NCBI RefSeq assembly: GCF_009914755.1
Contig: NC_060945.1
Length of the DNA stretch: 64,000 bases
Strand: one strand, 5' to 3'
DNA from: the human T2T-CHM13v2.0 reference genome, Homo sapiens
Both the position numbers and the translations under genes were made by a program. Shown in pieces: positions 38,488-56,025 of this stretch. The stretch's first letter is position 1, and every line of letters begins with the position of its first letter. Under the pieces are notes generated by a model. It did no database searches and was not told where the DNA came from. It was given only the letters and a program-made list of their open reading frames with translations.

Positions 38488-39544
38488 CCTCTGGCCCCGC
38501 AGCCTGGGTTCCTCAGTGCAGTAGCGTGACCTTGGCGCTCTGCATTCAGCGTCCCTGGGTCGTGCCACCCCCCGGGGAGCTCTTGGCCATGACTGCTCTT
38601 CCCTGCGGTGCTGCTGGTACTTTCCTCGCTGCAAACCTCGGCCGCACCCCAAGGCCTTGCTGAAGCCCTCAGTCCCAGTAGCTGTTGATCCTTTGGCATT
38701 TTCTGCATCATGACCATGCCATGTATGGGGACGGCGGTGGTTCTGTCTCTTGCTTCTCCATTCTTAGGCCTTTGACGTGTTTCTCTTGCCTTGTTACCCT
38801 GGCTGGGAGCTCACAGGACAGCAAGAAGCCACGCTGCTCCCGGGGCACATGCTACATCCACCATTGGCTGCACTGCCCTTGGGGTTCTGGAGGGTCCTTG
38901 TGGGGTGAGCTAACACTGGGGGTGGGTGTGGAGTGTGCCAGGAGCCTGCTGCTGTGTCTGTGGAGAGAATCCTGTGGGGTTTGGAGTCCACGTTTCTTGT
39001 TTGTATCAGCTCCATGACACTTGCAAGGCCAGATCCCGTGGACTCTGCGTCTTCTGGCCGGTGGGTTGCTGAGGGGAGCAGAGGGGCCGAGCGTTGTGTG
39101 GGTGCCGTGCACAGGCTGTCTCCAGTGCTCCTGGGTACCCTTCTCTCAGGGGCCCCGTCTCCCAGGCCACCTTCTCTCGGGAGGAATGTCGAACCCCTGG
39201 CTGGGGTGGATGGTGTTGGCTGGAGGGTGGGGGCTGCCCGATGCAGCACTTTGGGAGCTCCGGCCGTCGGCAGGTTTGTCTGTGGTTTTGAATGTCCACC
39301 CTCAGGTCCTGGGAGAAGGGAGTCGAGGTGAGCCGTTTGCCTTTCCTCAGGACTGCGGAGGTGGGCACAGGGCCCAGTGGTGGAAACGTCCTCCGGCCCT
39401 GCAGCCTGGGCTCCTCAGCACAGTAGCGTCACCTTGGTGCTCTGCGTCTCAGTGTCCCTGGGTAGTGCCACCCCCCAGGCGCTCTTGGCTGTGACTGCTC
39501 TTCCCTGCGGTGCTGCTGGTACTTTCCTCGCCACAAACCTCGGC
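38488..39544 (+). repeat. Older ~155-bp dispersed direct duplication (38488-38643 and 39391-39544)
   Basis: Shared tgactgctcttccctgcggtgctgctggtactttcctcgc core with diverged but alignable flanks. Confidence 0.9.
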
Positions 39545-39714
39545 GGGGGGTGTCTGCCGATGCGGACCCTGGATGGCGGTGCCTGGTTTGTTCCAGTTTT
39601 GTTCCAGGACACTGTCTTTGACCAGGACAATTTGTTACCAATTTTTAAAAAGGTCTTTGGGTTTTTCTTTAAAATGGACACCTAATGACAAACATGTAGT
39701 ATAAAGAAGGAAGA

Positions 39715-40006
39715 GGCCGGGGACGGTGGCTCACACCTGCAGTCCCAGCACTTTGGGAGGCAGAGGCAGGTGGATCACTTGAGGTCAGGAGTTTGAGACC
39801 AGGCTGGCCAACATCATGAAAGACCCCGTCTCTACTAAAAATACAAAAATTAGCTGGGTGTGGTGGTGTGTGCCTGTAATTCCAGCTGCTCCGGAGGCTG
39901 AGGCAGGAGAATGGCTTGGACCCAGAAGGCAGAGATTGCAAGATCGTGCCACTGCGCTCCAGCCTGGGCGACAGAGTGGGACTTTGTCTCAAAAAAAAAA
40001 AAAAAA
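39715..40006 (+). mobile_element. AluSx-like element
   Basis: Alu consensus, polyA, near-TSD aaagaaggaaga / aaagaagtaaga. Confidence 0.96.
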
Positions 40007-40302
40007 GAAGTAAGAAAGCTTGGAAAACAGAGAGAGACAGGGGCCCTCCCGCTTCCCCACTCCTAGTCCCCTGTGCTCCTGCCGCTTCTCCCCGCTGCCG
40101 CGGTGCTGGGCACGTGCACCACCCCCTCACATGCTCGCCCACCAGCGCTCCGAGGGAAAGCTGTGCTTTCTCCAGCTTATTCCTGCAGCACTGCCTCTAC
40201 GTGAAGTTGTGCAAAGTGGCACATGATAGATACCATGAAAAACTCAATGCCAACTACCGTTAAGTGACAGCCTCCCCACTGCAGACTTGGTCTGTCTGCT
40301 CC

Positions 40303-40470
40303 TTTCTTTTTTTTTGTGAGTCAGTGTCTTGCTCTGTCACCCAGGCTGGAGTGCAGTGGTACAATCTGGCCTCACTGCAGCTTCGACCTCCTGGGCTCAC
40401 GCAATCTTCCCTCCCACTTTGGCCTCCTGAGCAGCTGGGACCACAGGCACGTGCTGCTGCTCCCGGCCCC
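40303..40470 (-). mobile_element. Alu right-arm/FRAM-like monomer
   Basis: tcttgctctgtcacccaggctggagtgcagtgg...cctcctgagcagctgggaccacaggc. Confidence 0.85.
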
Positions 40471-41261
40471 CTCTTTTCTTTACAAGTGTGTGTCTGCCCC
40501 TGCTGCTTCCCTGGGCTGCGTTCTAAGGCAGCCTTACATCACGGCTGCTGAAGTTTTGTTGTCCGATGCACCCAGCTCTATAGGGAGTGTGGGCCATCCT
40601 TGAAAACGGAATAAAGACATTTGTAGATCAAACCACAGCAGTGGAGTTGCTGATCCAGTCTGATGAACGTCTGATACTTCACAGGCGTTACCAGGTTGCC
40701 TACTGCAGACACCGCCGGGAGCAGCACCCAAGTCGGCCTCCGCCTGCGGCCTGTACCTTTGGAGGATATGGACGAGGTGTCTGCTGATGCGGACGCCAGC
40801 CTGCGGTGCCTGCTTTGTAAAATGCGCGGCTTTTCATCAGCAAGGCTACATTCAGCCTTCATCGCTGTGAGCTGCCTATATGTGCCTTTTCCTGTTTTTC
40901 TTTTCGGCTGTTGATTGGTTTGAAAAAGCTATGTAGGAAGGAAGCAATCTCTTGTTAACTGCAGCTGTCTCCCCCTCGTTGGTAGTTCTTTTGAATTTGT
41001 TCATGTTATTTTTTTCTCTGCGGAGGTTTAAAGTTTCTCTGTAGCAAATTCGGTGTTTTCTGTGTCTTTTGTGGCCCCTTTGTGTCCTCTGCAGTGGTTT
41101 TGTAGTAGTGCCTTTTTAATGTATTTAATCCATCAGGACTTTATTTTTGTGTATAGAGTGAGACGGATGATTCCCACTTCATTTTTCCCCAAACGGCCTG
41201 TCCCACGATGCATTTCAGCTTGCATTCACCCAGAAGGCGTGGCGAGAAGAACCTCGGCACC

Positions 41262-41396
41262 ACGAGATGCTGCTGGCATGTGCCGCTTCAGCTGGTGACC
41301 TGGGTGGTGTTGGCAGCATCTGAGTGGCTCTGTAGGCCGCAGCATCTCCCGGCACCCGAGCCCGAGATGAAGCAGCACGTGCCAGCAGCATCGCGT
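41262..41396. repeat. Inverted repeat: 32-bp arms, 71-nt spacer
   Basis: 41262-41293 matches the reverse complement of 41365-41396 at 28/32. Confidence 0.9.
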
Positions 41397-44300
41397 CGTG
41401 TGTTCTGTCCTGAGCCTCATGCAGATCTTTGTGGAGTGAGAATCAAGGCTTGTTGATGGCGTGCACGGAAAAGCCGGTCTCATGCTGATTTTCCTTAGGG
41501 TCCATCAGAACACGTGCCCCGTGAACCGTGTCACCCCACGGCCCAACTCTGGTGAGCCTGGTTCTGTGTCTGCTGACCTGGTGAGGGCTGGGGACCAGGT
41601 GAGTTGCCTGCGGCACAGGCGTGCTGTGTAGCTGCCATGTGTGGCTTCCTCCACTGAGGCTGGTTTACCGCGTCTGTTCCCGGGGCCCCTTTGTTAGAGC
41701 GCAAGAGCCCAGGCAGCACCGTGGCAGCTGGGAAGGCTGTGGTTCTGGCGGGGCGGTTGCCTTGCCCAGTGTACCTGGAATTGCAGCTCCAGAGCACGGG
41801 CCCTGGCTCCTGCGCGGCAGCGTCTCACCTTCCCTTTTCTTGTCAGGGTTTTTAGGCAGCCTGTACCTGCGTGCACCCATCCCTCTCTCTGTGCGGGGCC
41901 ATTCAGCTCATGCTGCAGGTTTTTGCCGGGCCGGCCGGCGTTCCAGGGACCAGAGCCACCCCCAGAGCTCTGTGATGAGTCAGCTCAGGGCAGGTTTCTA
42001 GTCACTCCCCAAGGGCAGGGCTGAGGCGGGGTCTTCCAGAGTCAAGGGTTAGAGGGGCTGTTCCTTGAACGGCCCTTGAGTCCTCCTCAGAGTGCCTCCC
42101 ACTGGGCCAGAGGGGCTGTCCCACACGGTCAGTCCCCACACGCTGCTCGTGAGCCCGGTGCCTCTATGCAGATCGCTCCGTGGCAGCTGCATCCTGGGCT
42201 CCTGAAGACTCAGGCAAGGGCACGGCTTCTCCTCATCCTCCTCCTCTTCATCTCCACCATCCATCTGCCCTGTGCCTTGCAGTCCAGCTCAGATACAGGC
42301 GCTGTGGCAGCCAGGAGCACCCTGGATACCACCGGGTCCCAGGACCCAGATCGCAGGAGCCACCTCATGCCCTGCGGCCTTGTCTTTCACCCTTTGGGCT
42401 TGTTCACTGCCAGTAGCAACAGGTGGCCCCAGAGGGTTCCACCGAGTGTGAGGGGGAGTGGATGGCACCTGCAGCATGTTCCCCCACAGGGAGGCCTGGG
42501 CTCTGTCTTGGGGGGGTCCTGTCTCGGTTTTGTGGGGAATGAGGGTATGAGCACCTCGTCTAGCCTTGCCTCAGCCACTGGCTGGGGTTCTGTGAGGTTC
42601 AGTTTAATGGGGACTTGCCCGTCTCCTGACACCTTTGAGCTGTGGACTGAGCGGGCCAGAAGGAGTGGCAGTGTGTGAGCCGCCCGTGCAGCAGGTGGCC
42701 TAGGATGTGAAGCAGACAGGGCACAGAGGAAGAAGCCTGTCTGCCTAGAGCGGGAAGCCGAGGTCGCAGCCGCCTCTGCCCTTCTGAGTGTGCACCCTTC
42801 TGTAGCCTCAGCTCGGCTGGCCGGCGATTGTATGAAGTCGTTTTTACTGTCAGCTCTGGCTTGGTATTCCTGGTGCCCACTCGGACTTCAGGCCCTGTGT
42901 GAGGAGCTCGGGCTCGGCGGATGACCTGCCTCAGGTGTGGCCCCTGCTGCCGTCACTTTGTCACTAATCAGACGTGTTTGGTGACCTTCCCCTCCCCATA
43001 GCCACTGGGGCTGTAGTGCTGGTGCTGCTGGGATCTGGGTTTGGGGCGAGGCCCAGGACAGTAGCAGCTCCCGACACCCTTGCTTGAGGCCCAGCATCTG
43101 CACTCCCAGCCCGGCCCTCCTCCAAGCTGGCATTTCTGCTGCACCCACGGGACGCTCCTGTGCTTCCGCAGCACCGGCGAGAGCTGTGGTGTGCTGGCCT
43201 TGTCGTAGGTAAGTTTAGAAACCGGAGCAGCTCGAGCGGACTTCACACTGTCCCCACCACAGGGTGGGGTGCGCCCACCTGCCCTGTCCATGTGGCCTTG
43301 GGCCTGCGGGGGAGACGGAATCAGGACCCACAGGGCGAGCCCCCTCCGTAGCCCGCGGCACCAACTGGATCTCAGTGAACACCCGTCAGCCCATCCAGAG
43401 GCTAGAAGGGGGAGCAGGCGTGAACCTGTGCCGGAGCACTTCAGCAAGGGCGCCTTGGGCCCGGAAAGCGGCGGGAGCTGGGGGTCGTGGGGCCGCCGCC
43501 AGCAGTTCCAGGCGGCCTCTGCTCCAGCTGCAGCATTCCAAGCCCTCTCCTCCTGCAGGAGCAGCGTGTTTGGTTCCTGTTGTCCTGGTGCCATGGCAAT
43601 GGGGCTGGGGAGCTCCCTGGGGCCAGAGCCGGGAAGGGTCACTGTGCTGTGTTCCTGACCTGGCCTGCGCCCAGGCCTCGTTTTCTTCATTCCAACACAA
43701 CACAGGTCACTGTTCGGGTCAGTTTCCACTGGTCTTAGATTCATTTTTCTTTTGAAACAATTTCAAAACTACAGAAAAACTGCAAAATCAGCCCCTCCCC
43801 TTTGTGGTCGGGAGGGAGAGGTTGGGATGCTATGGAGGAAAGTAGGTCAACCCAGGCACACCAGGAAGCTGTGGGAGGGGATTAAATCCTGCGGGAGCCC
43901 TGGGCCTTGGAGGTTTCACACCGGCTCCTGAAGTGAAGTCTGAAATGCAGAGCGCAGCGACTGCCTTTCTCCAGGCAGGGCTTGCTTCTGCTTTGTTTTT
44001 CATTAGACATGGTGGATTTGTTGGACAAGCCAGGAAGGTCTGCATGAATTAAAAGAGATACTGGGAGATGTGTTCTGGGGAGAATGCAGCCGAGGCTGAA
44101 CCGTCTCGGGAAATCAGTTAAGGCCGAGGAAATGGGGGTGCCCTTGAGTCCACTCTGTTTCAGAGCAAACTGGAGTCAGAGACGCAGCACCCAGTGCCCT
44201 CTCCACCTGTCCCCACCTGCACGGCCCTGCAGGCTCATCCCACCCCTGCCCCTGTCCCCCCAGCAAATGAGCCTCCTTTCCCCGCCCACCGGGCAGGTGG

Positions 44301-44883
44301 CTGGGCTCCGCGTGGACCAAGCACAGGGGCACCTGTGGAGTTCACTTTTGGAGGCTCCCTGAGAGGGCCGCTTTGTGGGGTCCAGGGATGAAGCCTCTGG
44401 TCACCGAGCACATTGTCGGGCCTGGCAGGGGGCAGGGAGCACGTACGTCGCTGGGCCTGACGTGACCACACAGGATCTTGGGGATGTCCCCCTAAGGGCC
44501 TCTGTCCTGTTCGTGGCCCCCTTCATGAGCCGTCGGGCATTCCTGCATGGCTTCACTGCAATGACTGCCCTGACAGTCATTCGGGGCATGAGTGGGGAGG
44601 AGGCCTCCTTGTTGGGACACCTGCTTTCCGGGGCAGGCTGGGGTGAGTGGCCAGGCCATCACTGCGGGGGGACGCTGCTGAGAGAGCCTCCTGAGGCCGG
44701 GCCGAGGCATGCTGCAGGTGCCCCTGGTGCTGTCCAGAGCCGGGAGTCTGAGAGGCTGGCACAGGCCAGACCAGTTGCAGTGACTGTGGCAGCTCTGCAG
44801 TCAGGACCCGCCCCAGCCCATTCTCAGGTCATGGGAGTGCCACCTGGACACGTTTTGCTCACTCCCGTGTTCTCTTTCCTCAG

Positions 44884-44952
44884 GTGCAGAGGCCAAGACC
44901 GTTTTGCCCAAGAAGGAGAAAATGAAGCTGAGGCGTGAGCAATGGTTGCAGA
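44884..44952 (+). CDS. SLX9: SLX9 coding exon 3 (GAEAKTVLPKKEKMKLRREQWLQ)
   Basis: Acceptor ttctctttcctcag|GT; donor AGA|gtaagt; 69 nt, phase 1-1. Confidence 0.96.
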
Positions 44953-46089
44953 GTAAGTCCATGCCTGCGTCTTGAGGCAGCTGCCGGCCCAAGTCCCATC
45001 CCGTGGGCCCTCCTATTCCTACAGCCTCACATCTGGCCTTCTACATCAGCCACACTCCCCGAGGAGTGCCCAAGGGGATCACCCAAGACACTTCAGAGGC
45101 TGCTGTGGGGGCCGAAGGACAGTGGAGGCACAGAGAGGTTGGCCATGAAGACTTGGCAGCATGGCCAAGCTGGTCTGGCCTGTTGTGGATGGCACTGCCA
45201 CCCCGTCCGTGTGGGCACCTGCAGAGCTGGGCTGCCTCCCTTTGGAGGACGGCCTTGGGAAGCTGCTGCTCTCGGCTCCTTGTTTGTAAAAATTACCTAT
45301 TTTTGTTCCCCACCGTGAAATTTTTTATTGTGGAAGTAACCTGTGCTCGTGGAGTTTTTATGGTTCAGAAGTGCCTGCAGTGGTATGTGAAATCCTTCCA
45401 GGCCTTGCCCGCGGTGAAAACAGTGTCTGCGCATAGCGGCGTGGGTGTGGGCAGGGCCCCTGGTGTCCCCAGACCCTTTCAGGCCTGTGGCTCCCTCTTT
45501 TCTGAGGTCAGCCTTGCCACGTGCTCCCAGCTGCACGTCTCCGCAGGCTGAAAGCCACACTTCCCACTCAGGTTGTTTTGGAGTATCTCCTTATTTTTCG
45601 TGATGCTGGATATTTGCCAGTGTTTTTCTAAGATTGTTTCTCGTCAAAATTATTTTGTATTTTTCGGTTATCTTTTTAGTGTGATTCTGCTGACTTTGTG
45701 AAATTAATTTGGAATATTTTCTTTTTTATGTTATCTGCTTTATTTTTTCCTTGGAGGTTTTAAAGAAAATGTATGTTTTTCAGAGGTAGGACCTAGAAAA
45801 CTTTGTCAGTTTCTTTTGTGATTATTAGTTTTATGGTTTCTATCCCTTTTTGGATATTTCTTAGGGAAATGATTCATTCCTCCATTTTCTTTTTCACAGT
45901 TCCTAGCATAGCTGTGAAAGTGGATTTGGACGGGCTACTGGACTGTGGCCATTTGGACCCTGATTTTCTAGGCTGTAATTCTTTGATGATGTGTAAATTT
46001 TATTCCATGGCACTTGGTCCTTTTTTTTTGTTTTTTCACAACTTGAGTCAATTTTGGCCACTCATAAAATGATCGAATTTGTCTGAGGA

Positions 46090-46375
46090 TGGTGTCTCAT
46101 GCCTGTAATCCCAGCACTTTGGAAGGTTGAGATGGAAGGATCACCTACGCCCAGGAGTTTCAGACTAGCCTGGGCAATATAGCGAGACCTTGTCTCTACA
46201 AAAAATGTAAAAATTAGTCAGATTAGGTGGTGTGTGCCTCTGAGCCTCTAGTCCTAGCGACTTAGGAGGCTGAGGTAGGAAGATCGCTTCAACCCAGGAG
46301 TTTGAGGCTGCAGTGAACCGTAATTGCACTAGTGCACTCCAGCCTGGGTGACAGAGTGGGTCCTTGTCTCTAAAT
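46090..46375 (+). mobile_element. AluJ element
   Basis: Diverged Alu consensus. Confidence 0.9.
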
Positions 46376-46699
46376 AATGTTAATGATCAAATTTAGTCAG
46401 ATCTCAATCTTCATATGTTAGTTGCCTTCTTATTAAATATTCTGTTTTCTTTATCGTTCTTTATTTGTATCTCCACCTTCATTTCTGATTAAATTAAGAA
46501 GTTTTGTCTCTTCCATTTAATAATTAATGTATTTAATAACCAATTCTACTCTTTTGTCTTCAAAATTATTTGTTTTTATTTTGATCACTCCCGTTTTAGC
46601 TTTCTTTGGGTTTCAGTTACTCTGCTTATCTGTTTGTATATGTTTTGTTCAGGAGTGAAAGGCTGTAAGTTATCTCTAAATACAGCTTTAGCTACATTT

Positions 46700-50500
<3,801 letters not shown>

Positions 50501-51818
50501 TTTGAAAGGCTTCTGGCTTTGGCTTGCTGAGGTGCGGGCCTTTGTGTCTGTCCTCACGGGAACCACATGCCTCTGCTTTGCTTTTCCTGGCCTGGGTCTG
50601 CAGCCTGTGAAGGAGCCATCTGGCCTGGCCCGCCCCTCCCTACCCCAGCTTCCAGGGTGCCCTGGCTCTCTTTTAATGAGGTGCCGAGTAACGTGTCTAC
50701 CACAGTCCAGGCAGGGTGGAGTAAGCGCTGGATTCTTACCTTATAAACCCCCGTGATTCCCAAGGCTGTGGAGAGCTGGTGTACACCTTCCAAGCTCTCA
50801 ACCTGCACTGGGGGCTGAGGACCCAGAGGAAGGGTGGTCTTTGTCCCAGGTTCTTGTCAGTGATTTGGAGCCAGGTAAACACACCCTGCTACAGGGACCC
50901 AGGGCAGGGTGGCATCCCCTGATTTCGGGTTGGTCAGGGTGGGCCCTTCACACCTTGTTCTGCGAGCCACCTGCCCTGGGGGCTGAGAGGGGCGCCGCTG
51001 TCCCAGACAGCGGGATTGGAGAGGAGCTGGCTGTTGTCACCTCTGGAAACCTGGGCATTCCCCCCAGGGGGCACAGGTCTGCCATGCCCGGGCCTGTGTC
51101 ACGAGCTGGCAGTGTTTGAGCTGCAGGCCTGTCCCGGTGGGTTGCCCTGAAGAGAGCAGGCCGTCCGCGCTCCACAGCCTCCAGGAGCCACGTGCAGTGA
51201 GCAGCATGTCCGAGCATGTGTTCTCTTAGCAGTTTTGAGATAAATACATTTTTAAATTAAATCAAATCCCAAGGCCATACCCCTTCTGTCCAGACCCTGC
51301 CCAAATCCCTTCTCTAGCGTGGAGGCCTCAGCCCTACCTGCCACCCCCCATGGCCCCAAGCCCTCAGGTCTGTCCTGGGGCTTCTCCCCTTCCCTCTGGG
51401 GAGCCCTCTCCCTCCTGGGAACAAAGCTGAGCCTCCCAGGCTGTGACTTGCCATCTTAAGTTGAGGGCCCCTTTTCCTCATTCCCCTCTGTCCCCTCTGC
51501 TCGGTGGCTGTGTGCACTCCCCTACGCGTGCTCCGGCCACAGTTGCCAGCGTCCCTTTGCAGGAGAAATCCTCAGTGGCTGCAGTTCCACCTCATTGTCA
51601 GCCCTGCGATTAAAAAGCGCAGCTCTGTCATTAAGGGGAAGAAAATAACTCAAGCCTGCCCGCCCTGCAGGTTCCCAGGGGCGGAATGGGGGTGACAGCG
51701 GGAAGGAGAGAGGCAGCAGGGCCGGGCACCCTGCCAGGTCTCTCGTGGGCCAGAGGCTCTGGGCCTGGGCTCCTCCTCTGCCTCTTGTTTGCCTCTAACG
51801 TCGTTTCTCCTTCCTTAG

Positions 51819-51966
51819 AAATCGAAGCCATAAAACTGGCTGAGCAGAAGCACAGGGAGGAGCGGAGGCGGAGGGCCACGGTGGTGGTGGGGGACCTGCA
51901 CCCTCTCAGGGATGCCCTGCCCGAGCTGCTGGGGCTCGAGGCTGGCAGCCGGCGCCAAGCCCGCAG
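51819..51966 (+). CDS. SLX9: SLX9 coding exon 4 (KIEAIKLAEQKHREERRRRATVVVGDLHPLRDALPEL...RQAR)
   Basis: Branch-like ctaac, acceptor tttctccttccttag|AA; donor CAG|gtgagt; 148 nt; includes the GDL.PL..ALP motif typical of the SLX9 family. Confidence 0.97.
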
Positions 51967-52964
51967 GTGAGTGTCCGGGAGGGGTGGCCCTTTCCGAGCT
52001 GTGGGGCTGACCCGGGTCCAGAGGTGGAGGGATATGAGTGGGAGCCACGGGCCACGGTGCTTCCTGAGCCTGCAGAGGCCGAGAGCTGGGGCTCCAGCCG
52101 GTGCTCCGCACAGGTACCCTGTTCTCAGGGCGTGAGCTCGTGAGGCCCGTGGGGGCTGTGGGGGACGTTTCGGGGGCACCCAGGCCCACCCTTGTGAGGA
52201 GCCTGGTGGCTCTGCTGATGCCGAGCTCCCTCATGTGCCCCTCCCCCGACATTGACCACAGCTCCTGCCGGGTCCCACTGGGGGTCCCCCCAACTCACTG
52301 TTCTGCCACAGCCTCCACCCCACAGAGACCCTGCTGTGCTCAGCTGAGGCCCCTGAGCATCCACCATGCTCTTCTCGTGCCTCTGACAGGGGCTGCAGTC
52401 TCCCCTCCTGAGTGGACCTTTCCCTGATGCCCACCTAACACTGCACACCCTGTCCTGCCCCTCACTCTGTCGCACAGAGGGTGGCCCGTGAGGACGGCTC
52501 AGGCCTGCTGTCGGGTGTGGTGAGCGTGTGGGACCCACTCATGCAGGGCCCTGGGACACACATCCCAGAGCTTGTCCTCATGGGGCGGGAGCTGCCTCGT
52601 GCGTCCTCCCCAGGAGGGACGGGGCCTGATGTGAGTGCGGTTGCTCTCCCGAGCTGTACCTACCTGTGTGGGAAGCACATGCCTCCCAGCCTCACCACGG
52701 GTCTGGATGTGGTTTGTTCTTCAGGAAAGAGGCAGGCCCCTGCCCCACCCTTGGCTGCTGGCATCACAGCGCCCCTCCCCCGCCCCCTGCTGAGAGCTGG
52801 GGTGGTGGGTTCTGGGCCCTTAGTGCATGAGTGGCCAAGCCAGCGGGCCTGGGCCTGGGCCTGGACCCCAGTGGGGCCCCTCCACCCCCCTGCCCTGGGC
52901 AAGGCCTGGTCCCGAGCATGAGCCCTCCTCCTGACGCACTGAGGTGCTCCCTCCAGAACCCCAT

Positions 52965-53116
52965 CACCCAGTGACACAACCCCGCCACCCAGTGACGCAA
53001 CCCCCAGTGACACAACCCTGCCACCCGGTGACGCAACCCCCAGTGACACAACCCCCAGTGACGCAACCCCGCCACCCAATGAAGATACCACCACCCGGTG
53101 ACGCAACCCCACCACC
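52965..53116. repeat. Mixed 15/21-bp minisatellite (cccagtgac[a/g]caacc[ccgcca])
   Basis: Direct inspection. Confidence 0.9.
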
Positions 53117-53353
53117 CATTGAGCCATTTGCCAGTGGCAGGTTCCATGTGCCCTGACAATGTGGACAGTGTTCCATGTGCCAGCCTGCTGTGGTGTGTGC
53201 ACCCCAGGACGGCTCAACCAGGAGGGCAGCGGCTGCATGACCCTCCCTGTCACCTCGCAGGGGATGCAGCCTGCTGATAAGCTGCTGCCTGTGGCGCCCG
53301 TCTCCCAGGAGCTTGGCTTTCAGGCTCTTTGTGCCTGGGTCACATGCACGTGA

Positions 53354-53837
<484 letters not shown>

Positions 53838-54374
53838 TAATTTTGCTGTTTAAAAAATAATTTTCTTTCTCCTACTAACTTTCCATATGGGCAGAAAGCA
53901 GGGGCTGTGTGCAGTGTCAAACCTGGGGTCCATCCTTTCATGGCCCAGCTGCCCAGGCTCGAGGGTGGCAGGTCACGCGCTGCAGGCCCAGGCAGCTCCA
54001 GGCTGGCATCCCGCGGCGGAGGCACCAGAGCACTGGGTCCAGAATAGGAGCGGCCGCCTGGAGTGGCGATGTGATGACCGAACATTCCTGGTTCTTGGAC
54101 AAAAATGTGACCCTGGTCAAGTATCCTTTCCCTGTTTTCAGTTTTCTCATCTGAAAAATGTGCTTGGCGCTCCCAGAAGGGAGAGGGCTGTATCAACACC
54201 CAGCCCCCAGGCCGAGGAGGATGTGCCCCTGCCTCCCTGCGGGGCTCTGGGCCGGGAAGGCACATCTGCTCTCAGCCCTGAGAGCCTCCTGTCGCTGGGA
54301 GTCCCCGTCCCTCCTCAGATGTGGCTCAGGCAGCAGTGCCTCCTGACCCTGGGGGAGCTCTTGGAATCAGCCCT

Positions 54375-55250
54375 ATTTTAGACAGGCTTTAGATTCGTAG
54401 AAAAATGGCAAAGATGGTGCCAAGAGCTCCATGCAGCTCCCCCGTCCCCGCATGCTGTTGCTCTGACATGAGTGTGGTACGTTCGTCACATGGAAGGAAC
54501 CAGTATCAACAGAGAAATAGTGAGCGTTAAGTAATTAATAGTTAACTAAAGCCCATACCTTAGGTTTCCTTCATTTTTCCCTAACGGACTCTTTCTGCCT
54601 CAGGATCCGTACAGGATCCCATGTGACATTCAGATGTCATGGCTCCCTCGGCCCGTCTTGGCTGTGAGTTTCTCAGACTCCTCTTGGTTTTAATGACCTT
54701 GACTGTTCTGAGGAAGCTGCCTGTCAGCTGAGATCTGTCTGATGTTTTTCTAATGGGTACAGGAAGGGACTGGGTTTGGGGAGGAAGCCCCCAGAGGCGA
54801 AGTGCCACTGTCACTCCACTGTATTGGGCACACCCTGTCACCTGACTCACCGTGAGGCTGAGCTGGCCCCTGCTGGGTTGAGTCCCCCCCTCCATGCTGT
54901 CCGCTTTGGGAGGAAGTCGCTCTGCAGCCCTGGCCTCGGGGTGGGGGTTGTGCTCTACCTCCTGGAAGACACAGCAGTGACAGAGACTGTTTGGAATCCT
55001 GCTGGGAAAGGAGCTTTGTCTCTTCTCCCCGTGTATGTGTCGCTCATGCGTCGGTGTTGGTCTGGACAGATGGATGTTTAGTTTACACACAGCGTTACTT
55101 GATTTTGGTGCCGAAACTGTTCCAGCATTGGCCGCTGGGAGTTCTTGCAGTTGCCCCCAGCTCCCTTTGGCCCCATTGACGTGGGGGTCGTATTTTTAGC
55201 TCTTTCCCACTGCCGAGCACCAACAGGTAACCCAGGCGCATCTTGGACAT
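54375..55250 (-). mobile_element. L1MC/MD-like 3'-end fragment
   Basis: ttttagacaggctttagattcgtagaaaaatggcaaaga...tttctcagactcctcttggttttaatgaccttgac. Confidence 0.65.
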
Positions 55251-55841
55251 CTCCTGCCAGTCCTGCTGTTTCTCTAGGGAGCCCTGGCCCTGGTATTGCA
55301 GGAGGTGTGAGACCCTGAGATCTGGGGCTCGGTGCGCCTGTCCCAGGATCTGGGGTTTGGCGTGCCTGGGCGGCGGGCCGTGTCTCTGGGAACTGCATCT
55401 TGGTCCCGGCAGGCAGGTCTGCCCCACTGACCACCACTCTTGGACTCTGATGTGCTTTGGGCTTGAGGGGTCAGCAGGCGAGCACCAGTGGCCTGGGAGG
55501 CTGGAGGGTGGACAGCCTCTCCCTCCCAGCCTGGAGCTCTGTCTCTCACTTCTCCCCTTCCCACCTAGTGGGGAGAACATATGGCTTGGGCTGGCAGAGC
55601 TGTCCTTGTGGAACCCAAGCATTGGGTCCTTGCCCCACGGCCCCTCCCAACCCTCAGTCCCCTCAGTCCCCTCCCAACCCAGCTCCCTCAATCCCCTGTC
55701 CTGGCGCCCTGCCCTGAGGGCCTCATGCCCCTGGGGTGCAGGATGCAGAGCTGGAATCTCAGAGGCCAGGGCAGGGCCCGTGTTTGGGGTCCACGTCACT
55801 CCTGGCTGAGAAGCAGGCATCGAGCGACACTTGACTCCGGT

Positions 55842-56025
55842 GACCCCCATGCTCTGGACCTCCACCTCCTGTGTGCGCTTTGTGGGCAGTTGTCGGGAGG
55901 GGACCCCCCATGCTGTGGACCTCCGCCTCCTGTGTGCGCTTTGTGGGCGATTGTCGGGAGGGGACCCCCCACGCTCTGGACCTCCACCTCCTGTGTGCGC
56001 TTTGTGGGTGATTGTCGGGAGGGGA
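55842..56025. repeat. 60-61-bp VNTR, 3 units
   Basis: gaccccc..atgctctggacctccacctcctgtgtgcgctttgtggg...ttgtcgggaggg at 55842, 55902, 55963. Confidence 0.95.
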
